A DNA stretch of 64,000 bases from Chitinophaga pinensis. Lineage in GTDB: Bacteria; Bacteroidota; Bacteroidia; UBA7662. The position numbers were made by a program, and so were the translations under genes. Below the pieces are notes generated by a model. The model worked only from the letters and a program-made list of their open reading frames with translations. It did no database searches and was not told where the DNA came from. Below, one piece after another: positions 20,002 through 29,899 of this stretch. How positions within the stretch are numbered: position 1 is the stretch's first letter; each line of letters begins with the position of its first letter. The DNA lies in the NCBI GenBank assembly GCA_945874665.1, contig CAMCHJ010000008.1, positions 3,880 to 67,879 on the forward strand, read 5' to 3'.

Positions 20002-21587
20002 AATCATTTGCCCAGCTTTTTGAGGCCCTCGACCGCAGCAACAGCAACCTAACCAAAGTGGCCGCCTTGGAGCATTACCTGCATACCGCTGTGCCAGAGG
20101 ATGCTATTTGGATGGTGGCTTTGTTTAGCGGCAGGCGGCCCAAGCGACAAATCAACAGCAGTCTTTTGCAGCAATGGGCTGCCGAAGTGAGTGGGTTGAG
20201 CGACTGGATGCTCGCCGAATGCTACCAGCAAGTAGGCGATTTGGCAGAGACCTTGGCCTTGCTACTCCCTTCCCCTTCTCAAACCCAACAGTCGCCACAG
20301 CTCCATCAATTGTTGCAGCTTATTCAGCAGCTCCAGTACGCTAACGAGGCAGAAAAAAAAGCATTTGTACTCCAGTATTGGTCGCAATTAGCTGGCACCG
20401 AACGATTTTTATTCAACAAACTACTCACCGGTGGCTTCCGGGTGGGTGTTTCAGAGAAGTTAGTAGCCAAAGCCTTGGCCAAAGTACATCAAATAGACGA
20501 AGCGGCGGTGGCCTATGCCCTTACTGGCAAATGGCAGCCAGACCAAATGACCTTGGTGCAGCTTTTAGCGGTAGATGCCGCCAGCGACGCTTCGAAGCCT
20601 TACCCCTTCTTTTTGGCTTATCCTTTGGAACAGGCTGTGGCCGATTTGGGTGCCACTGGCGACTGGCAAGCCGAGTGGAAATGGGATGGCATCCGGGCGC
20701 AGCTTATCAAACGATCCGATGCGGTGTATTTGTGGTCGCGGGGCGAAGAACTGCTCAACGAGCAATTCCCCGATTTGTGCGAAGCCTTGAGCGGTTTGCC
20801 TAACGGCACCGTACTCGATGGCGAGCTGCTGTGCGTAGAAAACGGTCAAATACTATCGTTCAACGTCTTGCAGCAACGCCTGGGCAGGAAAAAGCCATCC
20901 AAAAAAATGCAGCAAACACTACCTGCCGCCCTGATGGCTTATGATTTGCTTGAACTCGGTGGTCAAGACCTCCGCTCCCTACCCCTCCACCAACGCCGCC
21001 AGCAACTCGAACAGCTGCTGGCCGAACATGCCTCACCGGCCTTGCTTTTGTCGGAAAGTTTGGCTTTTGAAGATTGGCAGCAGCTTACCGACTTTCGAGA
21101 ACAAGGGCGCGCGCAACTTGCCGAAGGACTCATGCTCAAGCGCTTGGAGGCGCCATACGAGCAGGGCCGCAAAAAAGGCAGCTGGTGGAAATGGAAAGTA
21201 GCGCCTTTAAGCATCGACGCCGTTTTGCTGTACGCCCAAAAAGGGCACGGTCGCAGGGCCAATTTGTTTACCGACTACACCTTTGCCCTGTGGGAAGGCA
21301 CGCAGTTGGTTACCTTTGCCAAGGCGTACAGCGGTCTCACCGACAAAGAAATCAAAGCCGTCGACACCTTCATCAAAGCCAACACCCTCGAAAAATTCGG
21401 TCCCGTGCGCACCGTCAAGCCCGAGCTCGTATTCGAAATTGCCTTTGAAGGCTTGCAGCCCAGCAACCGCCACAAAGCTGGGGTAGCGGTGCGTTTTCCA
21501 AGGATTTTGCGGTGGCGGCACGATAAAACCGTTGACCAAGCCAATCACTTAACCGATTTAAAAGCCCTGTTACCCGCTTCCCTCTAA
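19998..21587 (+). CDS. ATP-dependent DNA ligase
   Basis: EWKWDGIR (adenylated Lys), LDGEL, EGLMLK, WWKWK, VRFPRILRWR. Confidence 0.94.
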   Translation: MKSFAQLFEALDRSNSNLTKVAALEHYLHTAVPEDAIWMVALFSGRRPKRQINSSLLQQWAAEVSGLSDWMLAECYQQVGDLAETLALLLPSPSQTQQSPQLHQLLQLIQQLQYANEAEKKAFVLQYWSQLAGTERFLFNKLLTGGFRVGVSEKLVAKALAKVHQIDEAAVAYALTGKWQPDQMTLVQLLAVDAASDASKPYPFFLAYPLEQAVADLGATGDWQAEWKWDGIRAQLIKRSDAVYLWSRGEELLNEQFPDLCEALSGLPNGTVLDGELLCVENGQILSFNVLQQRLGRKKPSKKMQQTLPAALMAYDLLELGGQDLRSLPLHQRRQQLEQLLAEHASPALLLSESLAFEDWQQLTDFREQGRAQLAEGLMLKRLEAPYEQGRKKGSWWKWKVAPLSIDAVLLYAQKGHGRRANLFTDYTFALWEGTQLVTFAKAYSGLTDKEIKAVDTFIKANTLEKFGPVRTVKPELVFEIAFEGLQPSNRHKAGVAVRFPRILRWRHDKTVDQANHLTDLKALLPASL

Positions 21588-21644
21588 GCCCCCTATCCAC
21601 AAATTAAACCCGTATTCAGCAGCAACTAACCGTATCTTTATCCC

Positions 21645-22340
21645 ATGCAAACCTCCGATTACATTATCATTACAGGCGTAAGTAAAGGCATTGGCTTGGC
21701 CACTGTTCAACTATTAAACCAACAAGGTTACCGCGTGGCGGGTTGGGGCCGTACGGCACCGGCGTACACCCACCCCGATTTCCACTTTTTTAGCTGCGAC
21801 GTGTCCGACTTTGCGCAAGTAGAAGCGGCTTGGCAGCAAACCCAGGCCAAGATGGGCACGCAGTTGTACGGACTCCTAAACAACGCCGGTTTTGGGCATT
21901 TTGGGAAGGTGGAGGAGCTGCCGCTAGAAAAATGGCACGCCATGTTTAACACCAATGTAAACGGACTCATGTATTGCACGCGGGTGGTGGTGCCCACGTT
22001 AAAAGCGCGACAAGCTGGCCACATCATCAACATCAGCTCCATTGCAGGCTTGAATGGCATTGTGCAAGGCAGCGGTTATTCCGCCACCAAATTTGCGGTG
22101 CGCGGCATCAGTCATTCGCTGTACGCCGAGCTGCGTGAAGACGGCATTAAGGTTAGTTGCGTGTACCCCGGTTCGGTAGCTACGAACTTTTTTGATGAAG
22201 TAGAGGGCGTTACCATCAACCCCAACATGCTGCAGCCGCAAGATGTGGCAACGCTCTTGGTGCAGCTGCTGCAATCGTCGCCTAATTTTTTGACAGTCGA
22301 TGTAGAAATCAGGCCGTTGCAACCCAAGGGGAAGAAGTAG
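21645..22340 (+). CDS. SDR family oxidoreductase
   Basis: TGVSKGIG, NNAG, YSATK catalytic motif. Confidence 0.9.
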   Translation: MQTSDYIIITGVSKGIGLATVQLLNQQGYRVAGWGRTAPAYTHPDFHFFSCDVSDFAQVEAAWQQTQAKMGTQLYGLLNNAGFGHFGKVEELPLEKWHAMFNTNVNGLMYCTRVVVPTLKARQAGHIINISSIAGLNGIVQGSGYSATKFAVRGISHSLYAELREDGIKVSCVYPGSVATNFFDEVEGVTINPNMLQPQDVATLLVQLLQSSPNFLTVDVEIRPLQPKGKK

Positions 22341-22343
22341 CCC

Positions 22344-22472
22344 CCCTTCGGCAAGCTCAGGGACCGCCTTCGACCGGCGGGCCCTTCGATGAACTCAGGG
22401 ACCACCTTCGACAAGCTCAGGGACCGCCGTCGAACCCCAGGGACCAGCTTGGATGCTTCGAACAACTCAGCA
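22344..22472. repeat. Cluster of REP-like 22-bp hairpin repeats (CCCTTCGA-N4-CTCAGGGACC)
   Basis: Copies at 22344, 22382 and 22404, a degenerate copy at 22426 and a TGCT..AGCA variant at 22454. Confidence 0.85.
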
Positions 22473-22595
22473 AGCGCTGCTTGCCTATTGCAGCTGAGAA
22501 ATATGCAGCCATTTTTCTCCCCTCCTTTTTTTCGCCCTTAACGCATTTATGCCTATTATTGCAGTCGCAAAAAATCTGGAAATAAAGAACTTTAC

Positions 22596-23579
22596 ATGAG
22601 AGAAATTCAAATGCGCGAAGCCCTGCGAGAAGCCATGCAGGAAGAAATGCGCAGAGACGATCGCGTGTTTTTAATGGGCGAAGAAGTTGCCCAATACAAC
22701 GGTGCCTACAAGGTTAGTCAGGGCATGCTCGACGAATTTGGCGACCGCCGCGTTATCGACACCCCCATTGCCGAGCTGGGTTTTGCAGGTATTGGCGTAG
22801 GTGCGGCCATGAATGGCTTGCGGCCAATCATTGAGTTTATGACCTTCAACTTTTCGTTGGTGGCCATCGACCAGATTGTAAACGCTGCGGCTAAGGTTTT
22901 ATCGATGTCGGGCGGACAGTTTGGCGCACCCATGGTGTTTCGCGGTCCTTCGGGCTCGGCTGGCACCCTCGGCGCACAACACTCGCAGGTATTCGAAAGC
23001 TGGTACGCCAACGTGCCGGGCCTCAAAGTCATCTCCCCTTCTACCCCTTACGACGCCAAGGGCTTGCTGAAGTCGGCCATCCGCGACAACGACCCCGTGA
23101 TTTTTATGGAGTCGGAGCAAATGTACGGCGACAAAGGCGAGGTGCCCGAAGGCGAATACCTCATTCCCATTGGCGTAGCCGATGTGAAGCGTGCCGGTAC
23201 CGACATTACCCTCGTTTCTTACAATAAAATGATGAAAGTGGCGCTGGCTTCTGCTGAGGCGTTGGCTGCTGAAGGCATTTCTGCCGAGGTGATCGACCTG
23301 CGCACCATCCGTCCGCTCGACCACGCGACCATCATCAACAGCGTTAAAAAAACCAACCGCTTGGTGGTCATCGACGAAAGCTGGCCTTACGGCGGCATTT
23401 CTTCGGAGATTGCTTACCGCGTGCAGAAAGATGCGTTCGATTACCTCGACGCACCGGTGGTTCGTATCAACGGCGCCGACGTATCGATGCCTTACGCCAT
23501 GAACCTGGTGCAGGCCTATTTGCCTTCTGTAGAGAAGGTGGTGAAGGCCGTGAAGGAAGTGATGTACGTGAAAAAATAA
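22596..23579 (+). CDS. pdhB: Pyruvate dehydrogenase E1 beta subunit
   Basis: MGEEVAQYNGAYKVS, DTPIAE, EFMTFNF, AQHSQ, EVIDLRTIRPLD. Confidence 0.95.
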   Translation: MREIQMREALREAMQEEMRRDDRVFLMGEEVAQYNGAYKVSQGMLDEFGDRRVIDTPIAELGFAGIGVGAAMNGLRPIIEFMTFNFSLVAIDQIVNAAAKVLSMSGGQFGAPMVFRGPSGSAGTLGAQHSQVFESWYANVPGLKVISPSTPYDAKGLLKSAIRDNDPVIFMESEQMYGDKGEVPEGEYLIPIGVADVKRAGTDITLVSYNKMMKVALASAEALAAEGISAEVIDLRTIRPLDHATIINSVKKTNRLVVIDESWPYGGISSEIAYRVQKDAFDYLDAPVVRINGADVSMPYAMNLVQAYLPSVEKVVKAVKEVMYVKK

Positions 23580-23602
23580 GCTGTTTATCAGCTGCAAATA
23601 GC

Positions 23603-23634
23603 AAAAGCCGGGGCCTAGAGGTCTCGGCTTTTTT
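23603..23634. terminator. Terminator between convergent pdhB and the phosphatase gene
   Basis: AAAAGCCGGGGCC...GGTCTCGGCTTTTTT. Confidence 0.7.
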
Positions 23635-23709
23635 GTTTGATGCCAAGCCGACAGCCGGACTGCCTCCCCCCTTTAGTCTGCTTTTTACAACAGCATGCCG
23701 ACGGCTCAG

Positions 23710-24870
23710 TTACTGCCGCTTGATGGCGCGCCAACTCACAGGAGGCGCTGCTTGGAGTCCCTGCAGCTTCATCATGTGTTGGTAAAGGTCGGTGTTTTCT
23801 TGGATGCCCGTGAACCAGTCGGCACCCGGACCAAAGGCAAACACCGGTACCATCACGGCCGTATGTTTGGTGGAGGTGAAAGCGCCCTTCACGGTACCCT
23901 TCACAAAATCGCCACCCGCAAGCGCAAAACCGCCTGTTTCATGGTCTGCCGTTTCAATCACCAGCGTTTCGCCATCCTTTTCGGCAAAATCGAGCGCCAA
24001 GGCCACGGCTTTGTCGAAGTCGATCATTTCTTGCACAATGTAATCGGCATCGTTGGCATGACCACCCCAGTCAATTTGCGAGCCTTCCACCATCAGAAAA
24101 AAGCCTTTTTCGTTCTGCGAGAGGCGGTCGAGGGCAAAGCTGGTAGCGCGGGGCAAAACATCATCGCGCCCATCGGTCTTTTTAGGTGCCGCATCTTCCC
24201 ACAACAGCGCACCAAAGCGCACATTGGCAGGCAGCTCGTTCATGGCCATTTCGTTATCTACCATAAAAAAGCCACGTTGCTGGGCTTCGGCCACGAGGTC
24301 GCGACCGTCGGTGCGCTGGTTAAAGTATTTGCGACCGCCGCCGATGAAGAGCTGCAGTTTGCTGTTTACGATTTCCCAGGCGATTTCATTGTGCATTTCG
24401 CGGTGCGGCACGTGGGCCACAAACGAAGCCGGGGTAGCGTGGGTAATGGTGCTGGTGGCGATGATGCCCGTGGACTTGCCGGCTTTGGCGGCCGATTCGA
24501 GCACCGTTTCGTGCGCCATGGTATCGGCCGATACGCCGATGGCGTTGTTGTAGGCCTTTTGACCGATGCTAAAAGCCGTTGCCCCCGCACCCGAGTCGGT
24601 AATGAGGTTGTCGAAGCTGTAGGTTTTAATGAAGCCGATGTGTTTAAAGCGCTCCAGGGCCAGCACATTGTGGTTGGCAATCATGCCGCCGTAAATTTGG
24701 CTCGTGCCCATGCCATCGCCAATGAGGAAAATGATGTTTTTAGGCGGTTTTGGTGCCTGTATAGGGATGGCCGTGGTGGCTTCGTTGGGATTAACAGCAA
24801 TTTGCTTAGGACTGTTGCAACCCAGCAGCAAAATGGCCAGCAGGGCAAAAGCGGCGTGCATCTTCTTCAT
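23710..24870 (-). CDS. Alkaline phosphatase lipoprotein (PhoA family)
   Basis: Lipobox LLGC, LIGDGMG, TDSGA (catalytic Ser), HATPA, EGSQIDWGGH, TADHETGG. Confidence 0.92.
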   Translation of the reverse strand: MKKMHAAFALLAILLLGCNSPKQIAVNPNEATTAIPIQAPKPPKNIIFLIGDGMGTSQIYGGMIANHNVLALERFKHIGFIKTYSFDNLITDSGAGATAFSIGQKAYNNAIGVSADTMAHETVLESAAKAGKSTGIIATSTITHATPASFVAHVPHREMHNEIAWEIVNSKLQLFIGGGRKYFNQRTDGRDLVAEAQQRGFFMVDNEMAMNELPANVRFGALLWEDAAPKKTDGRDDVLPRATSFALDRLSQNEKGFFLMVEGSQIDWGGHANDADYIVQEMIDFDKAVALALDFAEKDGETLVIETADHETGGFALAGGDFVKGTVKGAFTSTKHTAVMVPVFAFGPGADWFTGIQENTDLYQHMMKLQGLQAAPPVSWRAIKRQ

Positions 24871-24893
24871 GCCGTAAAAATAGGGTTTCGGCT

Positions 24894-25517
24894 TTAGATT
24901 GCAGCGGCTTGGGGGGATGGATTGGGGGCTGGGGGTTGGGTAGAGATGTAAACTCCCCCCTTACCAGCCCCCAGCCGTTCCAACACCACCGCCTGGATGG
25001 CGGCTACGGTAATGGCATCGGTAATGGCGCCAGACTTTACCAGGGCGTAAGCCTCATCGAGACTCACTTTTTTGCGCTGCAGCTGCTCGGTATCTTCGGG
25101 TTCGGGTTCAAATTGGGTGAGCCCGCGGGCTACGTACACAATGGCCAGCTCGTCGCTTACCGAGTTGGAGAGGTGCAGGCGCAGCAGCTCTTGCCAATGC
25201 TCGGCGGTGCAGCCGGTTTCTTCGAGCAGCTCGCGCTGGGCCGAAGCCAGGGGATCGGCCGTAAGTGGCCCCCCGCCCTCGGGCAGCTCCCACGAATAGG
25301 CATTGAGCGGAAAACGGTATTGGCCCACCAGCCACAGCTGCTCGTGCTCGTCGAAAGCCACGATGCCGATGGCCAGGTTTTTAAAATGCACCTTGCCGTA
25401 AATGCCGGGATTGCCGTTGGGGTTGAGCACCTGGTACTCGGTGAGCTGGATCCAGGGGTTGCTGTACACCTCCTTTTCGGCTGTTATTTGCCAGGGGTTG
25501 TGCTGTTCATCAATCAT
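24894..25517 (-). CDS. NUDIX hydrolase
   Basis: WELPEGG...AQRELLEETG Nudix box; start placed at ATG 25517. Confidence 0.9.
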   Translation of the reverse strand: MIDEQHNPWQITAEKEVYSNPWIQLTEYQVLNPNGNPGIYGKVHFKNLAIGIVAFDEHEQLWLVGQYRFPLNAYSWELPEGGGPLTADPLASAQRELLEETGCTAEHWQELLRLHLSNSVSDELAIVYVARGLTQFEPEPEDTEQLQRKKVSLDEAYALVKSGAITDAITVAAIQAVVLERLGAGKGGVYISTQPPAPNPSPQAAAI

Positions 25518-25638
25518 GGCTACCTCCAAAATCAAACATGGCGGGTTTGTTTTCAATTACCTGATGGTCTTTGGGTATTTCAAACAGGGCCATGGGCAGC
25601 GCTTCGGGGGAGGTGTTGAGGAGGGTGAGGCGTTTCAT
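25510..25638 (-). CDS. Possible 42-aa small protein upstream of the NUDIX gene (below the ORF-track cutoff)
   Basis: MKRLTLLNTSPEALPMALFEIPKDHQVIENKPAMFDFGGSHD; TATTTTTG promoter element and A-rich leader upstream; stop overlaps the NUDIX start. Confidence 0.35.
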   Translation of the reverse strand: MKRLTLLNTSPEALPMALFEIPKDHQVIENKPAMFDFGGSHD

Positions 25639-25695
25639 TGTTTTGTTTGTTCAAAAATAGGGGCTGGGGGTGAAAAGGTGTGTCTTTTTTTTGAA

Positions 25696-25816
25696 ACACG
25701 GAGGTCACGGAGGACACGGAGTTTTTTTTAGACCGCCCTTCGACAAGCTCAGGGACCACCTTCGATGCTTCGATAAACTCAGCAACCGCAACTGCGTTCT
25801 CCGCGTCCTCCGCGGT
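25696..25816. repeat. Inverted pair of 9-bp tandem repeats (CACGGAGG x3 ... CTCCGCG x2)
   Basis: ACACGGAGG-TCACGGAGG-ACACGGAG at 25696-25721; TTCTCCGCG-TCCTCCGCGGT at 25797-25816. Confidence 0.7.
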
Positions 25817-25901
25817 AAAAAAAACCGAACACCGCCCTTCGATAAACTCAGGGACCGCCCTTCGACAAGCTCAGGGACCACCTTCGATAAACTCAGGGAC
25901 C
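25736..25901. repeat. Second cluster of REP-like 22-bp hairpin repeats
   Basis: Copies at 25736, 25835, 25858 and 25880 plus a TGCT..AGCA variant near 25766. Confidence 0.85.
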
Positions 25902-25904
25902 GCC

Positions 25905-26810
25905 TTATTCGAAAAAGATTTGCTGCGCTAAGCGGTAGGTATTGCAGTGGGCTTCGAGGATGTGGCGGATGTCGGTAGAGTAGCCGCCACCCATGCAGAT
26001 AACCAGCGGCAGGTGCAGGCGGTGGGCTTGGCGCAGCACAAAGGCATCGCGGGCAGCGCAACCGGCGATACTGAGGCCCAGTTTACCGAGTTTGTCGGTG
26101 GCCAACACATCTACCCCGGCTTGGTAGAACATAAAATCGGGTTGGAACTCGGCCAGGATGCGGGTCAGTTGCTCGTCGAGCAGCGCCAAATAGGTGGCAT
26201 CGTCGGTGCCGTTGGGTAGCGGCAGGTCGAGGTTCGACTGTTCTTTGTGGTGCGGGTAATTCGAAGCGCCGTGCATGCTGAACGTAAACACCCGTGGCTC
26301 GTTTTCAAAAATTTTGGCCGTGCCGTTGCCTTGGTGCACATCTAAATCAACCACCAACACGCGCTGGGCCAGACCTTTCGCCAGCAAATGCGCCGCGGCA
26401 ATGGCTTGGTCGTTGAGCAAACAAAAGCCTTCCCCACTATCGGCATAGGCATGGTGCGTGCCTCCCGCCACATTCATGGCCACGCCATGTTGCAGGGCAA
26501 ACTGTGCCGCATCCAAAGTGCCCTGGGCAATGGTTATTTCGCGCTGCACCAAAGCTGCACTTAAAGGAAAGCCAATTTTGCGCATCTCCTTGGGCGTGAG
26601 CTTTAAAGCCTGCATCCGTTGCCAATAGTCGGCGGTATGCACCCGCAAAATAGCCTCCTCGCTGCAGGCCTCGGGCGCAAAAAGCTGGTCGGGCTGGATG
26701 GTGCCTTCGTAGAGCAGTTGCTCGGGAATGAGCTCGTATTTGAGCATCGGAAAACGGTGACCTTCGGGCAGCGGATGGGCGTACAGCGGGTGGTAAGCAA
26801 TTTTGAGCAC
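25905..26810 (-). CDS. Histone deacetylase family protein
   Basis: HRFP, GGTHHA, GFCLLND, DLDVHQGNGT, YQAGVD..D, GGGY. Confidence 0.93.
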   Translation of the reverse strand: MLKIAYHPLYAHPLPEGHRFPMLKYELIPEQLLYEGTIQPDQLFAPEACSEEAILRVHTADYWQRMQALKLTPKEMRKIGFPLSAALVQREITIAQGTLDAAQFALQHGVAMNVAGGTHHAYADSGEGFCLLNDQAIAAAHLLAKGLAQRVLVVDLDVHQGNGTAKIFENEPRVFTFSMHGASNYPHHKEQSNLDLPLPNGTDDATYLALLDEQLTRILAEFQPDFMFYQAGVDVLATDKLGKLGLSIAGCAARDAFVLRQAHRLHLPLVICMGGGYSTDIRHILEAHCNTYRLAQQIFFE

Positions 26811-26879
26811 GGTGTAAAAATAACCATCGGCAAGCGATAATGGTTTGGAAGCTGTGGGAAGCTGATTATCTTAGCGGCT

Positions 26880-27455
26880 ATGTCGAAAAAAATGTTGCTC
26901 CTCTGGTTGCTTTTGGCAGGCTGTAGCGCTTCTAAAAAAGCAAATACCGCTGCTAAACAGGGTTATTACCCGGTGCCGGTTGACCAAGTGATGGGGCACC
27001 TGAATTTAAGCGGCGCCTCGAACTGCTTGTATGTGGCGGGAGATAGTCTTTATTTTATCAGCGCCCTGCAAGCCTATGGCCTCCAGACCGACTTAGCGGC
27101 TACCGAGGCGCAGCTGACCGGCTTTCAAACCAGTCCTGATTTTACTGCACTGGCACTCAGCCAAGTGCTGCTGAGCAAAGGCGGCTTGCGCACCGAACAA
27201 ACCTACGCCCGCATTTTAATTGACCGCAGCAAGGAAGACTTGAAAGCCGATGAACTGGCCGCTTTGATCAATCAGCTGCTGAGCAAACTCGACAATGAAG
27301 GCATTTTGGTGCTCATCAGCCCCAAACAAGACCCCAAAGCCGGGCAAATCACCCAAAAGGCAAACCTACTTTTAACCGAAGCCGGTGGCTACCGCAAATC
27401 TAGCCTCGATACCAGCCTCGCCCCTCACCTACAAGCCCTTATCCTACTCAAATGA
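26880..27455 (+). CDS. Hypothetical lipoprotein
   Basis: Lipobox LLAGC; 4-nt overlap with the downstream transporter. Confidence 0.65.
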   Translation: MSKKMLLLWLLLAGCSASKKANTAAKQGYYPVPVDQVMGHLNLSGASNCLYVAGDSLYFISALQAYGLQTDLAATEAQLTGFQTSPDFTALALSQVLLSKGGLRTEQTYARILIDRSKEDLKADELAALINQLLSKLDNEGILVLISPKQDPKAGQITQKANLLLTEAGGYRKSSLDTSLAPHLQALILLK

Positions 27456-28975
27456 CTATAAAAAAAACCAGTGCCATTGATCGGTTCTTAGGAATCATCG
27501 AAAAAGTAGGCAATGCCCTGCCCCATCCGGCCACCTTATTTGCCGGCTTCGCTTTGTTAGTCGTGCTGCTGTCGTGGGTAGTGGCCCAATTCGGCGTGAG
27601 CGTGGTGCACCCCGGCACCGGCGAAACCGTTACCACTTTTAACTTGCTGTCGGCCGAAGGCCTCCACATGATTTTAACCAAAATGGTGGTCAATTTCACC
27701 TCCTTTGCCCCCCTCGGTACTGTCTTGGTGGCCCTGCTCGGCATCGGCATTGCCGAAGGCAGCGGTTTAATCGGCACGGTGCTGCGTTTGGTGGTGCTTT
27801 CGTCCCCCAAAAAGCTACTCACTTTTGTAATTGTGTTTGCGGGTGTGATGTCGAATACCGCCAGCGAAGTAGGTTACGTATTACTCGTACCCTTGGCAGC
27901 GGTCATTTTTTTAGCGGCGGGAAGGCATCCGTTGGCAGGTTTGGCAGCGGCTTTTGCCGGCGTGTCGGGCGGCTACAGTGCCAATTTGCTGCTGGGCACC
28001 ATCGACCCGCTGCTGGCGGGTTTGTCGGAAGAAGCCGCCCGCATTATTGAGCCCGGCTATGCCGTAAATCCTGCGAGCAACTACTACTTTATGTTTGTAA
28101 GTACCTTTTTGATTTCGGGCTTGGGTACTTGGGTAACCGAAAAAATTGTGGTGCCACGGCTTGGGGAATATACGGGTGATGAAAAGCCAGAAGAAATTCG
28201 CTTCCTGAACACAGAAGAAAAACGCGGTCTTTTGTACGCTGGCATAGCTTTATCGTTGTTTATGGCCTTTATTTTAGGGGGATTGGTGCCTGCCGATGGC
28301 TATTTACGCAACCCAGAAGATGGTGGCATTTTGAAGTCGCCTTTCATGTCGGGCATCGTGGCCTTTATCTTTTTGGTAGCAGCCTTTTGCGGTATCGCGT
28401 ATGGCATTGGCGCCAAGACCTTCAAAAGCGATAGTGATGTGATGAAAGGCATGGCCAAGTCGATGGAAACCCTCGGCTCGTATATTGTACTGGTGTTTTT
28501 TGCAGCGCAGTTTGTAGCGTATTTTAACTGGACCAACCTCGGTTTGATTTTCGCCATCCAAGGCGCCGAAGTGTTGAAATCGAGCGGTCTCAACGACATG
28601 GCCCTCATGGTCGGTTTTATCCTCATTGCGGCCACCATCAACCTCATCATGGGCAGTGCCTCGGCCAAATGGGCCATCATGGCGCCGGTGTTTATCCCCA
28701 TGTTTATGTTGCTGGGCTATTCACCCGAATTTACCCAATGTGCCTACCGCATCGGCGACAGCGTAACCAACATCATCTCTCCCATGATGTCGTATTTTGC
28801 CTTGATTGTGGCCTTTATTCAGCGCTACGACAAAAAAGCCGGCATCGGCACCGTCATCAGCACCATGCTGCCCTACTCGGTGGTGTTTTTGATAGGCTGG
28901 ATTTTGTTGTTCGCGGTATGGATTGCGTTCGACTTGCCTATTGGTCCTGGCGCCCCCCTTTACTACAAACCTTAA
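27452..28975 (+). CDS. AbgT family transporter
   Basis: [55 protein letters not shown]. Confidence 0.93.
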   Translation: MTIKKTSAIDRFLGIIEKVGNALPHPATLFAGFALLVVLLSWVVAQFGVSVVHPGTGETVTTFNLLSAEGLHMILTKMVVNFTSFAPLGTVLVALLGIGIAEGSGLIGTVLRLVVLSSPKKLLTFVIVFAGVMSNTASEVGYVLLVPLAAVIFLAAGRHPLAGLAAAFAGVSGGYSANLLLGTIDPLLAGLSEEAARIIEPGYAVNPASNYYFMFVSTFLISGLGTWVTEKIVVPRLGEYTGDEKPEEIRFLNTEEKRGLLYAGIALSLFMAFILGGLVPADGYLRNPEDGGILKSPFMSGIVAFIFLVAAFCGIAYGIGAKTFKSDSDVMKGMAKSMETLGSYIVLVFFAAQFVAYFNWTNLGLIFAIQGAEVLKSSGLNDMALMVGFILIAATINLIMGSASAKWAIMAPVFIPMFMLLGYSPEFTQCAYRIGDSVTNIISPMMSYFALIVAFIQRYDKKAGIGTVISTMLPYSVVFLIGWILLFAVWIAFDLPIGPGAPLYYKP

Positions 28976-29032
28976 ACGCATTGAACAATTTGTAACCTTC
29001 GTTGGTTTAACACCATATTAAAATCTCAAACT

Positions 29033-29680
29033 ATGAAAAAAGTACTGTTAATGTTTGCCGTAGCGGCTTTCGCTACCGCTTGTAGCAATTCAACCGAAAC
29101 GGCTGAAACCACCGAAGTAACCACGGCTGTAGAAGCGGGCGAAGCCACGGTATTGGCCCTTTCTGAAAGCACTGTGAAATGGACTGGTAAAAAGTTAACC
29201 GGCGAGCACTTCGGTAAAATCAATATTTCTGAAGGCAGTTTGTTTGTAGATGGCGATCAGTTGAGCGGTGGCTCTTTCACCATCGACATGAACACCATTA
29301 CGGTTGAAGACCTGACAGACGCAGCGCAAAACAAAGATTTAACGGACCACTTGTTCTCGGAGGATTTTTTCAATGTAGCCCAGTTTAACGCCGCCAATTT
29401 TGAAATTACCGGTGTGGAGGCTTTGGCCGCTGCCGACGAAGCTGGCAATACCCACACCATCAGTGGCAACCTTACCATCAAAGGCATTACGCAAGGCATC
29501 TCTTTTCCTGCTAAAGTAGCTAACAACGAGGCCGGCATCAACGCCAGCGCTAAGTTTAACATCGACCGTACCTTGTGGGACATCAAATACAAATCAGGTA
29601 AGTTTTTCCCTGAACTTGGCGACAAAGTAATCTCCGACGAAATCGGTATCGAGTTAAACCTCGCCGCCACGAAGTCATAA
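29033..29680 (+). CDS. YceI family lipoprotein
   Basis: Lipobox ATAC, STVKWTG, HL.SEDFF, GNLTIKGIT, IDRT.W. Confidence 0.9.
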   Translation: MKKVLLMFAVAAFATACSNSTETAETTEVTTAVEAGEATVLALSESTVKWTGKKLTGEHFGKINISEGSLFVDGDQLSGGSFTIDMNTITVEDLTDAAQNKDLTDHLFSEDFFNVAQFNAANFEITGVEALAAADEAGNTHTISGNLTIKGITQGISFPAKVANNEAGINASAKFNIDRTLWDIKYKSGKFFPELGDKVISDEIGIELNLAATKS

Positions 29681-29697
29681 TACTTCCTTTGTGATTG

Positions 29698-29727
29698 AAA
29701 TACCGGGCTCGTCCCGGTATTTTTTTT
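29698..29727 (+). terminator. Terminator after the YceI gene
   Basis: AAATACCGGG-CTCGT-CCCGGTATTTTTTTT. Confidence 0.75.
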
Positions 29728-29899
29728 GCCTTTTTTGCCGCAAGCAAGGCTTTAACGGCACTCCATGTGATGCTTTTTCAGAAGGGTTAAGTTATCTGTT
29801 GCCCATAGCGCCACTCGCGCATCTAAAAACAGCTGTGTGCTTGCCTCGGCCTTGCAGAAACAGTCTCAAGGCAGTGGATTAATGCCTTGCCCCGCCGGC

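Noticed and set aside
23695..24897. 400-aa plus-strand ORF, and similar long ORFs at 22899-23597, 24909-25619 and 37811-38542
   Set aside because: These are antisense shadows of well-supported genes and have no recognisable motifs.
22344..25901. 22-bp repeat clusters as a CRISPR array
   Set aside because: Copies are mostly adjacent with no unique, regular-length spacers, and there are no cas genes.
25670..26061. ORFs containing PFDKLRD / SLSLSK peptides (also 22112-22465)
   Set aside because: They are translations of the DNA repeats, not credible proteins.
21645..26810. GC-rich tract as a horizontally acquired island bounded by repeats
   Set aside because: Spot counts in core genes such as sufB are similarly high, the content is housekeeping, and no mobility genes are present. 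A sliding-window calculation would be needed.
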